NCBI GenBank assembly: GCA_963805855.1
Contig: CAWDVW010000002.1
Coordinates: 480,001-544,000 of the forward strand
Length of the DNA: 64,000 bases
Source: Candidatus Dadabacteria bacterium
Lineage (GTDB): Bacteria; Desulfobacterota_D; UBA1144; Nemesobacterales; CSP1-2
Direction: 5' to 3'
This document shows positions 42,583 to 53,258 of the stretch, piece by piece (within the stretch, counting starts at the first letter, position 1; each line of letters starts with the position of its first letter). Made by a program: the position numbers and the translations under genes. The notes beneath the pieces are model-generated. The model saw only the letters and a program-made list of their open reading frames with translations, was not told the DNA's origin and searched no databases.

Positions 42583-42913
42583 TAGAGACGCAAAATTTTG
42601 CGTCTCTACATGAAAAAAAAGAAACATTCAGTCCTGGACCCTTCGAACTCACTCAGGGGTCTGGATGCACGGGTGAAAACGCGAACCCCAACACGGTATC
42701 ATGATCTTATTTCAAACCGTTCATCCTGAGCTCCGTCGAAGGATGCCAAGCCCGGCGTAGTTTCACATTTCGACACGCTCAGTGTGAACGGCTGTTCCAA
42801 AACTGTTTCATCCTGAATACCGAGTTTATCCGGCGCCACAGGCAGGAGATTCGTGTCCCGGAATCCGATGGGATAATTTTCTTGGTTTCCGGGGTTGGAA
42901 AACCTCGGCTGTC
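42583..42913. repeat. Second cluster of REP-like palindromes
   Basis: TAGAGACGCAAAATTTTGCGTCTCTA; 76-bp element 42716-42791 matching 26958-27033; CCGGGGTTGGAAAACCTCGGCTGTC. Confidence 0.8.
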
Positions 42914-42931
42914 CGCCACGGTATGTTGGCC

Positions 42932-43399
42932 TTATCCACCTTTCGCCAAAAGCCCAGATATAGCCTCCGAGATTAGCTTCTGAACCTCGCCTTTATGTTC
43001 CTCACTCGAATACTTTTGCCGGGGCCAGAAAAATCCCCTCAGGCCGTCACCCTTATTCCTGGGAACAATGTGAATGTGAAGGTGGGGTACGCTTTGGCTG
43101 ACACGGTTATTCACAGCCACAAAAGTGCCTTGAGATTGCATTCCTTGCTCAACGGCTTTTGACAGTAATTGTACATTTGTAAAAAATACCCCGATTAAAT
43201 CTTCCGGCAGGTCTCCGAGTGTGATGTAATGCACCTTGGGAATCAGAAGCACATGCCCCGGAAAAAGTGGGCGATGGTCCAGTATTCCGACTGAAATGTC
43301 ATCGTCAAAAACTACAAACGAATCGAGATCGCCTCTTACAATCCTGCAGAACTTGCATTTCTCAGCTGAACCCACAGATGCCAGTTCCATTTGCTTCAC
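42932..43399 (-). CDS. HIT-family hydrolase
   Basis: CKFC, PGHVLLIP, QSVPHLHIHIVPR. Confidence 0.92.
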   Translation of the reverse strand: MKQMELASVGSAEKCKFCRIVRGDLDSFVVFDDDISVGILDHRPLFPGHVLLIPKVHYITLGDLPEDLIGVFFTNVQLLSKAVEQGMQSQGTFVAVNNRVSQSVPHLHIHIVPRNKGDGLRGFFWPRQKYSSEEHKGEVQKLISEAISGLLAKGG

Positions 43400-43444
43400 T
43401 ACAGTTAATTCTCCAGTTCAGTACCATGTTAGATAATTTCGATT

Positions 43445-43795
43445 TTATAACTTCCTTTCTAAATATTCCTTTAATGCTATAGCATTATTAAATCGAGTTT
43501 CTTTAGTGCCGTATATTAACGTAATTTGCCCTTTCTTTGCAGACTCAATTAAGTCAGCGACCAATTCAGAATTATTGTGCAGTTCAGAAAAATATCGTGA
43601 TTTAAACTTGTCCCACTTCTTAGGATCATGGTTAAACCATTTTCTCAGTTCGTTGCTGGGTCCAATATCCTTAAACCAAATATCAATTGATGCGTCCTTC
43701 TTTGAAACACCACGGGGCCATAGACGATCGACTAGAACCCTTAAGCCATCCTCTTTTGAAGCTTTGTCATATATCCTCTTTAATTTAATCCTCAT
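43445..43795 (-). CDS. DUF488/YeaO-family protein
   Basis: KRIYD, DGLRVLVDRLWPRGVSK, PSNELRKWFNH; start moved to ATG 43795. Confidence 0.9.
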   Translation of the reverse strand: MRIKLKRIYDKASKEDGLRVLVDRLWPRGVSKKDASIDIWFKDIGPSNELRKWFNHDPKKWDKFKSRYFSELHNNSELVADLIESAKKGQITLIYGTKETRFNNAIALKEYLERKL

Positions 43796-43805
43796 AACAC
43801 AACTG

Positions 43806-43849
43806 AAAAAAATGGGGACTGTACCGTCGTGGACTGTCCCCATTTTTTT
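43806..43849. repeat. Palindromic repeat AAAATGGGGAC...GTCCCCATTTT, copy 1
   Basis: Near-identical copy at 61462-61503. Confidence 0.85.
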
Positions 43850-43856
43850 GCAATAG

Positions 43857-44741
43857 CTAGTTAAACACTAACGTTCGGTTATCATGAATCAGGATCTTTC
43901 GTTCGAGGTGGTAAGAGATCGCCCGCGAGAGAACCAACTTCTCAAGGTCACGCCCCTTTCTGATCATATCTTCAACCGAGTCCTTGTGACTGACCCGGAC
44001 TACATCCTGTTCTATAATCGGACCTGAATCCAAATCAGCAGTTACATAATGACTGGTAGCTCCGATAATCTTCACGCCACGCTCATGAGCCGAATGATAA
44101 GGCTTTGCGCCTGGAAACGCAGGTAGAAATGAATGATGTATATTAATTATCCTATTCTCAAACTTTGATACAAAACCTTCCGATAGGATCTGCATATATC
44201 GAGCAAGAACCATAAAGTCGATCTTATACTTTTTCAAAGCTATCAGTTGTTTTGCTTCCTGTTCAATCTTGTTTTCTTTGTCAATTGGAAACACTTGATA
44301 ATCGATCCCAAAATTATTGGCGACCGATTCCAAGTCGGGATGATTGCTTATGATCAGAGGCACTTCGACGGCCCATTCATTCGATTGATATCTTGATAAA
44401 ATATCATACAAACAGTGTGGTAGCTTAGATACAAATATAGCCATGCGTGGCGTTTCATCCGAGAAGTAGAGCCTCCACTTCATTTCAAACCTTTGTGCAA
44501 CCAGAGTGTCGAAATATTCTCCGATTTTCTCTCTAGGAATTGCAAAACCCTTTAGGTCCCACTCAACCCTCATGAAAAAGACCTGCTTCTCGGAATCGAC
44601 ATGTTGGTCGAGAGTGAGAATATTTCCGTTATTTTTAAATATAAATTCCGTCACCGATGCAACAAGCCCTTTCCTATCCGGACAATCAATTAAAAGGATA
44701 ACGGAGCGAGGTCTATTCATTTCCTTATTTACATTCGGCAT
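43857..44741 (-). CDS. purU: Formyltetrahydrofolate deformylase
   Basis: CPDRKGLV ACT domain, LARYMQIL, INIHHSFLPAF, GATSHYV. Confidence 0.95.
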   Translation of the reverse strand: MPNVNKEMNRPRSVILLIDCPDRKGLVASVTEFIFKNNGNILTLDQHVDSEKQVFFMRVEWDLKGFAIPREKIGEYFDTLVAQRFEMKWRLYFSDETPRMAIFVSKLPHCLYDILSRYQSNEWAVEVPLIISNHPDLESVANNFGIDYQVFPIDKENKIEQEAKQLIALKKYKIDFMVLARYMQILSEGFVSKFENRIINIHHSFLPAFPGAKPYHSAHERGVKIIGATSHYVTADLDSGPIIEQDVVRVSHKDSVEDMIRKGRDLEKLVLSRAISYHLERKILIHDNRTLVFN

Positions 44742-44969
44742 AGAGCTTCGTCAGCAATAAGTTGTTTTTGTACATTCAAATATATAATTTTTTATCACTT
44801 AATAAAAGGTTTATTTAGGAATTACAATCTGAATGGATTAAAAAACTTGGTAAGGAAAAGGCTTGCTAAAAAGATTCATTCCTGACCTATTATTCTTAAT
44901 AAAAATAAATATTACATTATTCAATCTTCTTGGGAGTCTTAAGAACCCATGTCTAGAGCTCACTCACCC

Positions 44970-46853
44970 TCATTTTTTCTCCAGAACAAGGTTAAATACA
45001 GATGAATCGATTTCTACCATATGCCTAAACCTCTCATGGACAGCGATATGAATCCTGTCCCCGTAACGCGAAAGCCGATTCAATAGGCCATGCAGATGTT
45101 GACGCTGGGTTTCGTGGAACTCTTCAATGTTTAGAGTAATTGAGGAAGACGTGTTTTTTAGGAACTGTTCAAGGTGAGGAGCAGCATTTACAAAGAAATC
45201 ACCGTCCATCAGGCCCTTTATTGAAATCGAAAGGTTCGACGCGGCATTTCTCACCTTTTTCAGCGACACCTCAAGGGCGCCACGGGTAAGATAGCCCTCA
45301 AATGCATTTTCCAGCGCACCTTTATAACCATCAGTCAAGCTATGGGCGCTTTCAAATTCTTTAACAAAATGGCGATCTATATAACTTCTCATACTAATTC
45401 CCACGACCCAATCCTGAATAACAACCGAAAATTGACTGGGTTTAGTGAACGGAAATGATCGAATGAAATGGTAGATTCGGGAGAGACCCCCTGCCATAAT
45501 GCCTCTTATCATGAACTTAGTTAACGAGCCCAACTGATTTCCGAGCGGATACTGATTTCTGTATAATGGGTCGTTGAGGTAGCGCGTTTTATTCTTAATC
45601 TTATCGGCTATGCAACGGTCATCCAACAATCGATAAAATAGATCGTGGTAGCCATTAACCAGCTCATCATAGCTCATATTCTTGGGTATGACGTTCGTGG
45701 CTAGCTTCGTGTGATCTATATATTTGTCGTCGTTTTCAAGAACGAGCCTTCCGTCCTTCTTTAACCTATCAAAGAGCGGAGTTTTGGGGATAGCCATCAG
45801 TAGACCGACCATAGAAGATTGAATCCCTGATTTAGTTATAAAGTTATACTGGAGGTCGAAGGTCTTAATTGTGTCATTATCGAACCCAATGATGAATCCA
45901 GCAAGAACCTCTATTCCATAAGAATATATTTTCCTTACAGAGGTCAACATATCGGCACGAGTATTCTGGAATTTAAGGGTTTCCTTCAAACTATTTTCAT
46001 CGGGAGATTCGATACCGGTAAAAACCCATCCAAAATTAGCCTCACGAAAGAGAGTCAGAAGCTCATCATCCTGCGCAATGTTTAAGGATACTTCCGTTCC
46101 AAATGAGAAATTATAGTCATGCTCTTTTTGATAATCCCTTAAATCAGCGGTAAGCTTTGTCGCAACGGGCTTATTTCCTATAAAGTTATCGTCAACAAAG
46201 AATACATTTTTGACATTAAATCCCCTTAGCTCATCCAGCTCCCTGCGCACCTGTTCTAAAGACTTAGTCCTGGGTTTTCGTCCGAACATGATAATTATGT
46301 CGCAGAACTCACATCTGAACGGACAACCCCTTGAAAACTGCAGACTAACGGCCTGATATTTTTCCAATTTCAACAGATCGAATCTTGGCACCGGAGAATC
46401 TTCCAGAGAAACCTCTCCAGTTTCATGGTACAACTTTTTTGGATTACCATTTTCAAAATCTCTGCAAAACTGCCTCCAAATATACTCCGCCTCACCGGAT
46501 ATAACAGAATCGGCCAGATTCTCATACTCTTCGGGACATAATGAAGCATAACTCCCTCCGGCGACCGCATAATATCCTTGTTTTCTATAAAAGGTAAGTA
46601 ATTCCCTCTGTCTACTGAACTGTATCGCCATCCCACATATCCCGACAATATCGGCATCCGGCTTAAGTGGTATCGTCTCAATATTTTCATCAACTATTTC
46701 AATTTCCCAATCCTGAGGCGTCAACGCGGCAATAGTAGCTAATCCGAGAGGAGGATTTATAGTCCTTATCTGCTTCGGCATTATATTGTCCACAGCCCAC
46801 TTAAAGCTCCAAAAGCTCTCGGCGAACTTTGGATTTATGAGTAGTAATTTCAT
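44970..46853 (-). CDS. B12-binding radical SAM protein (DUF4070-type) with extra C-terminal domain
   Basis: PPLGLATIAA, RGCPFRCEFC (CxxxCxxC), FFVDDNF, GFIIGFDND. Confidence 0.88.
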   Translation of the reverse strand: MKLLLINPKFAESFWSFKWAVDNIMPKQIRTINPPLGLATIAALTPQDWEIEIVDENIETIPLKPDADIVGICGMAIQFSRQRELLTFYRKQGYYAVAGGSYASLCPEEYENLADSVISGEAEYIWRQFCRDFENGNPKKLYHETGEVSLEDSPVPRFDLLKLEKYQAVSLQFSRGCPFRCEFCDIIIMFGRKPRTKSLEQVRRELDELRGFNVKNVFFVDDNFIGNKPVATKLTADLRDYQKEHDYNFSFGTEVSLNIAQDDELLTLFREANFGWVFTGIESPDENSLKETLKFQNTRADMLTSVRKIYSYGIEVLAGFIIGFDNDTIKTFDLQYNFITKSGIQSSMVGLLMAIPKTPLFDRLKKDGRLVLENDDKYIDHTKLATNVIPKNMSYDELVNGYHDLFYRLLDDRCIADKIKNKTRYLNDPLYRNQYPLGNQLGSLTKFMIRGIMAGGLSRIYHFIRSFPFTKPSQFSVVIQDWVVGISMRSYIDRHFVKEFESAHSLTDGYKGALENAFEGYLTRGALEVSLKKVRNAASNLSISIKGLMDGDFFVNAAPHLEQFLKNTSSSITLNIEEFHETQRQHLHGLLNRLSRYGDRIHIAVHERFRHMVEIDSSVFNLVLEKK

Positions 46854-47227
46854 AGAATTATTTCTCCCCCTTGTGTTACAATGAATCGGGCTGTTCTATT
46901 TATGCCCCAAGTACAACATATTAGTACATTTTGTCCATAGAATCAAATCTTAGTCTAAATCGTTGAGAAAATGATTACAATTCCAATTTCCGACCGGACT
47001 TGTAGGAATTTATCAAGATGAGTAAATATATGGGCAGGTTATAAAGATTGAAAACAATATAATATTAGCAGTGGCTGGATTTAAACAATGGAAATCTCCG
47101 ACGATAAGGCCCGATATGCTGCAATTCCATCTGTTTTTGTTCTCGTTATAATGGTATCCGTCGGTCCATTTGGAGATATCATTCAAGGCTCAGCATCATT
47201 TGTTTTTAATGCGTTCTGAAAACCCTC

Positions 47228-47304
47228 GATAGCCGAGATTTTCAAACCTCGGATTTAAAGAAAGTCATGTCACTAGAAGGCGGGACAAGAATGTCCCGGC
47301 TATC
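47228..47304. repeat. Inverted pair of GATAG-led REP-like palindromes
   Basis: GATAGCCGAGATTTTCAAACCTCGG followed by GCGGGACAAGAATGTCCCGGCTATC. Confidence 0.7.
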
Positions 47305-47382
47305 CCGTGTCGTGTCGATATGATTTTTCCACCTATGTAGTTTTCGATTGCTGATTCGTAGAATCCCAACAGACAATTAATC

Positions 47383-47871
47383 TCAAGACCAGGGCTCCCT
47401 GTAGTAATAAACGAAGTTAGCGACTTTTGGTCTCTCTGTCCAGCCTAGTTTTTTGTAGAATCCCCTCTTATACGAAGGTTTGTCCTTACCGTTTGTGACC
47501 ATCAACCTCATGCACCCTCGTTTCTTTCCTTCCTGCATGATCTTTTTCACCAGCAATTTCCCTGCGCCCTTTCCACTGGCCATAGGACTTACAAACACAT
47601 CGGATATATAACCCTCAAAGCTTCCTAACATGATAAACGGAACCCAATGGACACTCGTAAAACCTACGACCATACCCTCTTCAGCAACCGCTACTAGTAC
47701 CATATGGCCGTCTTGATCTTTAACCGCATGCCGAATCAACTCTTCTATTGGCCGTGAAACTTCGTCAATATTCAAGGCATTCCTCTTTTCAGACCAGCCT
47801 ATTTCCCGTAGTATCCTTGCCATATCTTCCGCATCCTCAACCCTAGCCGCTCTTATTACGATTTTTGACAT
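47383..47871 (-). CDS. GNAT-family N-acetyltransferase
   Basis: VFVSP..SGKGAGKLL acetyl-CoA motif, FYKKLGW. Confidence 0.88.
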   Translation of the reverse strand: MSKIVIRAARVEDAEDMARILREIGWSEKRNALNIDEVSRPIEELIRHAVKDQDGHMVLVAVAEEGMVVGFTSVHWVPFIMLGSFEGYISDVFVSPMASGKGAGKLLVKKIMQEGKKRGCMRLMVTNGKDKPSYKRGFYKKLGWTERPKVANFVYYYREPWS

Positions 47872-47973
47872 ATTCTAACCAGCCTCCTGCAAAGAAACCA
47901 CCAAGTGTGGTCCCAATTGTGCTATGTGTTATGTTAATTGTAGACATCTATTATATTCAAGGAGAGTCGCAAT

Positions 47974-48579
47974 ATGAAAAAGCCTGCACGGACAAACCAT
48001 CAGATTCACGATCTACTAACCCACCGGTGGAGCCCTAGGGCCTTTTCAGACCGAATGGTAGAGGAGAAAAAAATACTAGCTATGCTAGAAGCGGCCAGGT
48101 GGGCGCCTTCAAGTTTTAATGAACAACCGTGGAGTTTTATAATTGCTACTAAGGACGATCCAGAGGAGTATGAACGGCTTCTGAACTGCCTGACGGAAGG
48201 AAATATTCGATGGGCGAAATTTGCACCACTATTGATGATTAGTGTCGCCAAGTTAATTTTTGAACGAGATGGAAAACCTAACCGACACGCATTTCATGAC
48301 GTCGGATTAGCCGTCGGCAATCTTGTCATACAAGCTAGACACCTGGGATTACATGTGCACCAGATGGCGGGTATACATGTGGACAAAATACGTGAGACGT
48401 ATAAAGTTCCTGAGACACACGAGCCAGTTGCGGCCATTGCCATTGGATACTATGGTGAATTGGACCAACTGACGGAAGACCTCAGGAAACGCGAACTGGC
48501 GGAACGGGCGCGAAAACCCTTGGAGCAGTTCGTATTCTCAGGGCAATGGGACAGGCCGCATGATTTGGTCAAAAAATAA
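47974..48579 (+). CDS. Nitroreductase-family protein
   Basis: RWSPRAF, ARWAPSSFNEQPW, HQMAG. Confidence 0.92.
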   Translation: MKKPARTNHQIHDLLTHRWSPRAFSDRMVEEKKILAMLEAARWAPSSFNEQPWSFIIATKDDPEEYERLLNCLTEGNIRWAKFAPLLMISVAKLIFERDGKPNRHAFHDVGLAVGNLVIQARHLGLHVHQMAGIHVDKIRETYKVPETHEPVAAIAIGYYGELDQLTEDLRKRELAERARKPLEQFVFSGQWDRPHDLVKK

Positions 48580-48693
48580 TAATCCGCCCGATAACACAAT
48601 CTATACTCGTTGAAGAAATCAAAAATAGCATTTAACCTGTAGCAATTTTCAAACATTTAATCAGCACAACTCAAGTAAAACGGGAGGATACCA

Positions 48694-49122
48694 ATGAGTA
48701 TAAAAGAACTATTACTCGGAGGAGCTAAAATTAATAACACCTATGCAAATTTTGGACTGTTGATCTTAAGACTCTATGCAGGGCTAGTCCTCGCGTCGCA
48801 GCATGGTATCCGAAAGATTCCACCCCAAGAAAAATTTATACAGGGGGTCGGTGAATTAGGGTTCCCGCTCCCAGAGTTTTTTGCCTGGGCGGCGGGCTGC
48901 GCCGAATTCTTTGGTGGAATCCTGCTGGCAGTGGGACTGCTCACACGTCCCGCAGCTTTCTTCATTTTGCTCACTATGCTTACAGCCGTATTCGGAAGAC
49001 ATGCCGCAGATCCATTTAACATAAAGGAACTGGCGTTAACTTACGGATTTATAGCCCTTTGCTTCTTACTTTCAGGTTCAGGCCGATACGGCATCGATGC
49101 CATAATTCAACGCCGCAGATAA
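48694..49122 (+). CDS. DoxX-family membrane protein
   Basis: LLILR, HG..K, EFFGG..L..GLLTR, GSGRYGID. Confidence 0.9.
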   Translation: MSIKELLLGGAKINNTYANFGLLILRLYAGLVLASQHGIRKIPPQEKFIQGVGELGFPLPEFFAWAAGCAEFFGGILLAVGLLTRPAAFFILLTMLTAVFGRHAADPFNIKELALTYGFIALCFLLSGSGRYGIDAIIQRRR

Positions 49123-49237
49123 AACAGCAGACTTGGTGGTTAATTACGCTTTCGCTTTTTGGATTTTTCATGTAAGACGGGGAAAACACGATGTGAAATT
49201 GACCTATTTTAACGGATATGCTACCAACATTTTATAA

Positions 49238-50185
49238 ATGGAGGATCTGAATTTGACCGACGAACATAGAAAAGAAGAGCCTAAAAAAGAATTGATATTC
49301 CCACCACTTCCTATTGAGGAGTGGGAAGAAACCAAGAATACGCTACATTTATATTTACAAATAATTGGCAAGATACGCCTCAAATTATTTCCTAAGCTAA
49401 ATCACTGGTGGCATGTCACCCTATACCTTTCCCCTCGCGGTCTTACAACGAGACCTATTCCCTATGGCGATCTCATTTTTGAGATAGAGCTCGACTTGAT
49501 CGATCACAAGTTGAGTGTTCGCTCAAGTGATGGAAGGGAAAAATCATTTCCTCTTAACAATCTTTCGGTATCACAGTTTTATGAAAAAGTTTTTTCTTCT
49601 CTGTCAGAACTTGGTATCGAGGTTAAAATCAATGCATTACCCTATGACGTTCCGTTTAGCACCGAGCCCTTTGCTGCAGACACAAAGCACTCCACGTATG
49701 ATAAAGCATATGCAAATAGATACTGGCGTATTCTTTTGCAGGTCTATTCTATATTTCAGGAATTTCGGGGTAGGTTTATTGGAAAAAGCACCCCCGTTCA
49801 CCTATACTGGCATCATGCAGACCTTGCGGTAACGAGATTTTCGGGTAGGCGTGGACCCGAAAGAAAAGAGGGAACCCAGGCTGACAGGGAAGCTTATTCA
49901 CATGAGGTAATAAGTTTTGGTTTTTGGGCAGGAGACGACAAGGTTAGAGCGCCAGCATTTTACTCTTACACGTATCCAGAACCCGAGAACCTTGCTCAGG
50001 AACCCTTAAGCCCAAAAGAGGCTTTCTGGAATACGGAAGGCGGTAATTCCATGGCAGTTATTATGTATGATGACGTGCGTAAAAAGGATGAGCCCCGAAA
50101 AGCATTGTTAGATTTTCTGGAAAGTGCCTACCAAGCGGGCGCGAAACGCGCAAACTGGAATATAGAGGAATTTGAATTAAAGTAA
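49238..50185 (+). CDS. DUF5996-family protein
   Basis: TLHLYLQIIGKIRL, NHWWHV, GKSTPVHLYW, EAYSHEVISFGFWAG. Confidence 0.8.
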   Translation: MEDLNLTDEHRKEEPKKELIFPPLPIEEWEETKNTLHLYLQIIGKIRLKLFPKLNHWWHVTLYLSPRGLTTRPIPYGDLIFEIELDLIDHKLSVRSSDGREKSFPLNNLSVSQFYEKVFSSLSELGIEVKINALPYDVPFSTEPFAADTKHSTYDKAYANRYWRILLQVYSIFQEFRGRFIGKSTPVHLYWHHADLAVTRFSGRRGPERKEGTQADREAYSHEVISFGFWAGDDKVRAPAFYSYTYPEPENLAQEPLSPKEAFWNTEGGNSMAVIMYDDVRKKDEPRKALLDFLESAYQAGAKRANWNIEEFELK

Positions 50186-50324
50186 CGGTAGAAAAGCAGC
50201 GCAGTCGCTCTGCCAATGCCCTCGCCACCTCCTGTTATAATAGCGGTTTTGTTTCTTAGTCTCATCGATATGATCTCCCCCAATTGGCTAATATTTCCCA
50301 TACTTCAGGGTTCCAATGAAGATC

Positions 50325-51425
50325 TTATATAGCCGCACCCTTTCTATTTGTTAGAATGGACCTTATCGTAACTATAATTAGGGTCAAAATTGTAAGAGGA
50401 ATTGCAAAAACCAGCATCACGAAACTGAATATAGGCAGTATATCATGATGCTTTGAACCAATGATCAAGTAGGCTACATAAGCTAAATAGTAACCGAAAA
50501 ATAAGAACCCCTCCCAGCGAGCAATAACATTTCCGGTAAAAAATATCGGTAGGCAGGCAACTGCAACAGCTATCATAACCGGAATGTCAAAGTGAAGAGC
50601 CGAAGAAGACACATTAACTCCCCCAGGTGCGAATACGGCCGATAAACCCAGAACAGCAAGAATATTAAAAATATTGCTACCCACCACATTTCCCACGGCG
50701 ATATCCCTTTCACCGCGAATAGCAGCGACAATGGAAGTGGCAACCTCGGGCAATGACGTCCCCGCTGCAACCAAGGTTAAGCCGATAACAAATTCACTAA
50801 CTCCAAAATTCCTTGCAAGGGATACAGCCCCATTCAAGAACCAGCGTGAACCAATTATCAGTAACAGCAAGCCACCTGCGATTAAAACGATATTTATTGC
50901 CGAGCTACCACCGATCTTCTTTTGATCATGAGTTCCATACTCTCGTATATATTCCTGCTGAACAAACTCCGTCTCCTCCTTTCTACCCTGGAAAATCAGA
51001 AAGCCAGTGTAGCTCACAACCCCCAAGAACATGATGATTCCCTCGATACTACTAATCTTTCCACTGAATGAAAAAATCAAAGTTAATATTGAAACCAAAA
51101 TCATAATGGGGACATCCAACCTAACCAGTTGTTGAGATACCGTTAGTGGAGCAATCATCGCTGATATTCCCAATATAAAAAGCACGTTGAAGATATTGCT
51201 TCCGACTATATTCCCTAGGGCGATATCTGACTGTCCTATAATTGAAGACTGAAGGCTAACAACGAGCTCCGGTGAGCTTGTTCCAAACGCAACAATCGTA
51301 AGACCAATAACGAGCGGAGATACGCCCATCAGAGCGGCAAGCCTTGATGCCCCGCGAACCAAAGACTCTGCTCCCAATATCAATAGCCCAAGCCCAATAA
51401 CAAACAGCATAATTGTTGTCACCAT
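50325..51425 (-). CDS. Calcium/sodium antiporter (YrbG family)
   Basis: Alpha repeats GTSSPE and GTSLPE; GNIVGSNIFN and GNVVGSNIFN. Confidence 0.93.
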   Translation of the reverse strand: MVTTIMLFVIGLGLLILGAESLVRGASRLAALMGVSPLVIGLTIVAFGTSSPELVVSLQSSIIGQSDIALGNIVGSNIFNVLFILGISAMIAPLTVSQQLVRLDVPIMILVSILTLIFSFSGKISSIEGIIMFLGVVSYTGFLIFQGRKEETEFVQQEYIREYGTHDQKKIGGSSAINIVLIAGGLLLLIIGSRWFLNGAVSLARNFGVSEFVIGLTLVAAGTSLPEVATSIVAAIRGERDIAVGNVVGSNIFNILAVLGLSAVFAPGGVNVSSSALHFDIPVMIAVAVACLPIFFTGNVIARWEGFLFFGYYLAYVAYLIIGSKHHDILPIFSFVMLVFAIPLTILTLIIVTIRSILTNRKGAAI

Positions 51426-51560
51426 GAAATCTATTACTCCTCAGCAACGAGACCCAATAAGACTCTAGAGTGTATATCAGATTAACCTTATAACCCGTTG
51501 AATAATAACAAAATCCATCGAACGTCAGAAAAAAGAGTTTTTATGCCGATGAACGTCAAA

Positions 51561-52145
51561 TTAGAAAGTCCTGTATCCGTTATTTTTGCTTCGCCAGAGG
51601 CGAATGAAAATGACAATGTGCGAGTAGATTATGATCGGCACAATAAATGTCGGCAGGAGGCTCAGTGGAAGCTTTGTAAGCGCTACCATAGAATCGGGAT
51701 CCGCCATTGCCAATCTACCCGCGGTTTGAACGACGAATAAAATATCAATGAATCCAAGCAGATTCCAAATCAAGTAAATCATCCAACCAACAAATCCGAT
51801 CAAGGGCGAAAAAATTACAACCACTAAGGCTGCGGTCGCCACAAGGATATCACCCCAGCCTCCAGGAACTGCAAAATCATATGGTAGGACCCCACTGGAG
51901 TAAAGAATTAGAAAATAAATCCCGACAAGGCGAGTTAGATGAAACAGCAAAAGTACTCGGATGTCGATACTTAAGGACCAATTGCGAAAGACGTTGGTTT
52001 TCCAGAATAAGAGTAGCAATAAAATTACAAGACAAAAAAGTACTGCCTGGGGAAATGGAGGAGGAATCGAAGCGAGAAGTTTGGTTGCGCCTATAATCAA
52101 GGCTAATAAGAACCAGGCGAAAGTAAAAAGGATAATTCCAAGCAT
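51561..52145 (-). CDS. Hypothetical multi-pass membrane protein
   Basis: Five to six hydrophobic helices; FAVPGGWGD, WNLLG..D. Confidence 0.7.
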   Translation of the reverse strand: MLGIILFTFAWFLLALIIGATKLLASIPPPFPQAVLFCLVILLLLLFWKTNVFRNWSLSIDIRVLLLFHLTRLVGIYFLILYSSGVLPYDFAVPGGWGDILVATAALVVVIFSPLIGFVGWMIYLIWNLLGFIDILFVVQTAGRLAMADPDSMVALTKLPLSLLPTFIVPIIIYSHIVIFIRLWRSKNNGYRTF

Positions 52146-52239
52146 GTGTCTAAGGCCACCGTCTGAATAAGGAACCCTACAATGTATTTTCTTATCCTAG
52201 AATTTTTGGTCAAACCTGGGAGGGGTTCCCTTTACCTGC

Positions 52240-52909
52240 CTAAACAAGTGTTCTGGCCCCTCTTCTTTTCGCCTCTTCTTCATCCACCGATATCTCCCTG
52301 GATTTGGGAACGTTCTTTCCTCGTTCGACCGCCGGCCGTTTCGCTATTTTTTCGACCCACCGCTTCAGATTTGGCAGGTCTTCAATATCCACTCCGGACC
52401 AATTATGGATATAGACCCATGGCCATGTTGCAATATCCGCGATAGAGTACTCATCCGCCAAGAAATTCATGATCCTGAAGGCGGGTATCTAGAACTTTGT
52501 ATATGCGTTTTGTTTCCCTCTGGTAGCGCTTGATGGCATATTCAATTTTCTCGGGAGCGTATCTATAAAACACGTTTGCCTGACCCTGCATCGGACCTAT
52601 ACCGGCCATCTGAAACATAAGCCATTGAATGACTAATGAGCGCCCCTTCTTGTCAGCGGGCAATAATTTCCCAGACTTTTCCGCAAGATATATTAGGATC
52701 GCGCCAGATTCAAAAACGACAAAATCATCTTCATCATGGTCGACAATCGTTGGAATTCTCCCGTTCGGATTCAGCTTTAAGTAATCTGGATTTCTCTGCT
52801 CCAATTTATGGAGCTTTATGTGTATAACATCATATGGGACCCCAACCTCCTCAAGCATTATTGACACCTTTCTTCCATTAGGAGTTGCAGCCGTATAGAG
52901 ATCTATCAT
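52240..52909 (-). pseudogene. Glutathione S-transferase (YfcG-like), split by one frameshift
   Basis: TPNG, NPNGRIP, ESGAI; an extra T near 52465 separates HEF from [11 protein letters not shown]. Confidence 0.85.
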
Positions 52910-53258
52910 GTTCCCTCCAGGATGATAATAAATTCATTAACATAAATAGTATATTCACTGCGACGCGATGCAAATCTATTTCTCCTTTCTCATAAGGGAA
53001 AGATCGCAGACATCAGAAATTGACTGTTTTTCAAACATTGAGAGTGAGAATTGGAAAAGCCCCCCCCGGATACCAATTTCATGGACATGTGAGGCTCATT
53101 ATGGAAAAGAGGCTTGTTGAATTCCGGACTTGAAGAGGGGACTCAGGGATGATTGCTGCTCAAACATTTGACGAATGAATACCAAATCGCAGCCAAAGAC
53201 CCCATCACACAAGAAACGAGATGTGAAATAATTGATTTGGGAACTTAACTACTGACTT

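Noticed and set aside
42437-42652. 71-aa minus-strand ORF
   Set aside because: Translation of REP palindromes (CRDAKFCVS), not a credible gene.
52451-52470. TGA in the GST gene as selenocysteine or programmed frameshift
   Set aside because: The continuation is in another frame and there is no slippery heptamer; a one-base insertion explains it.
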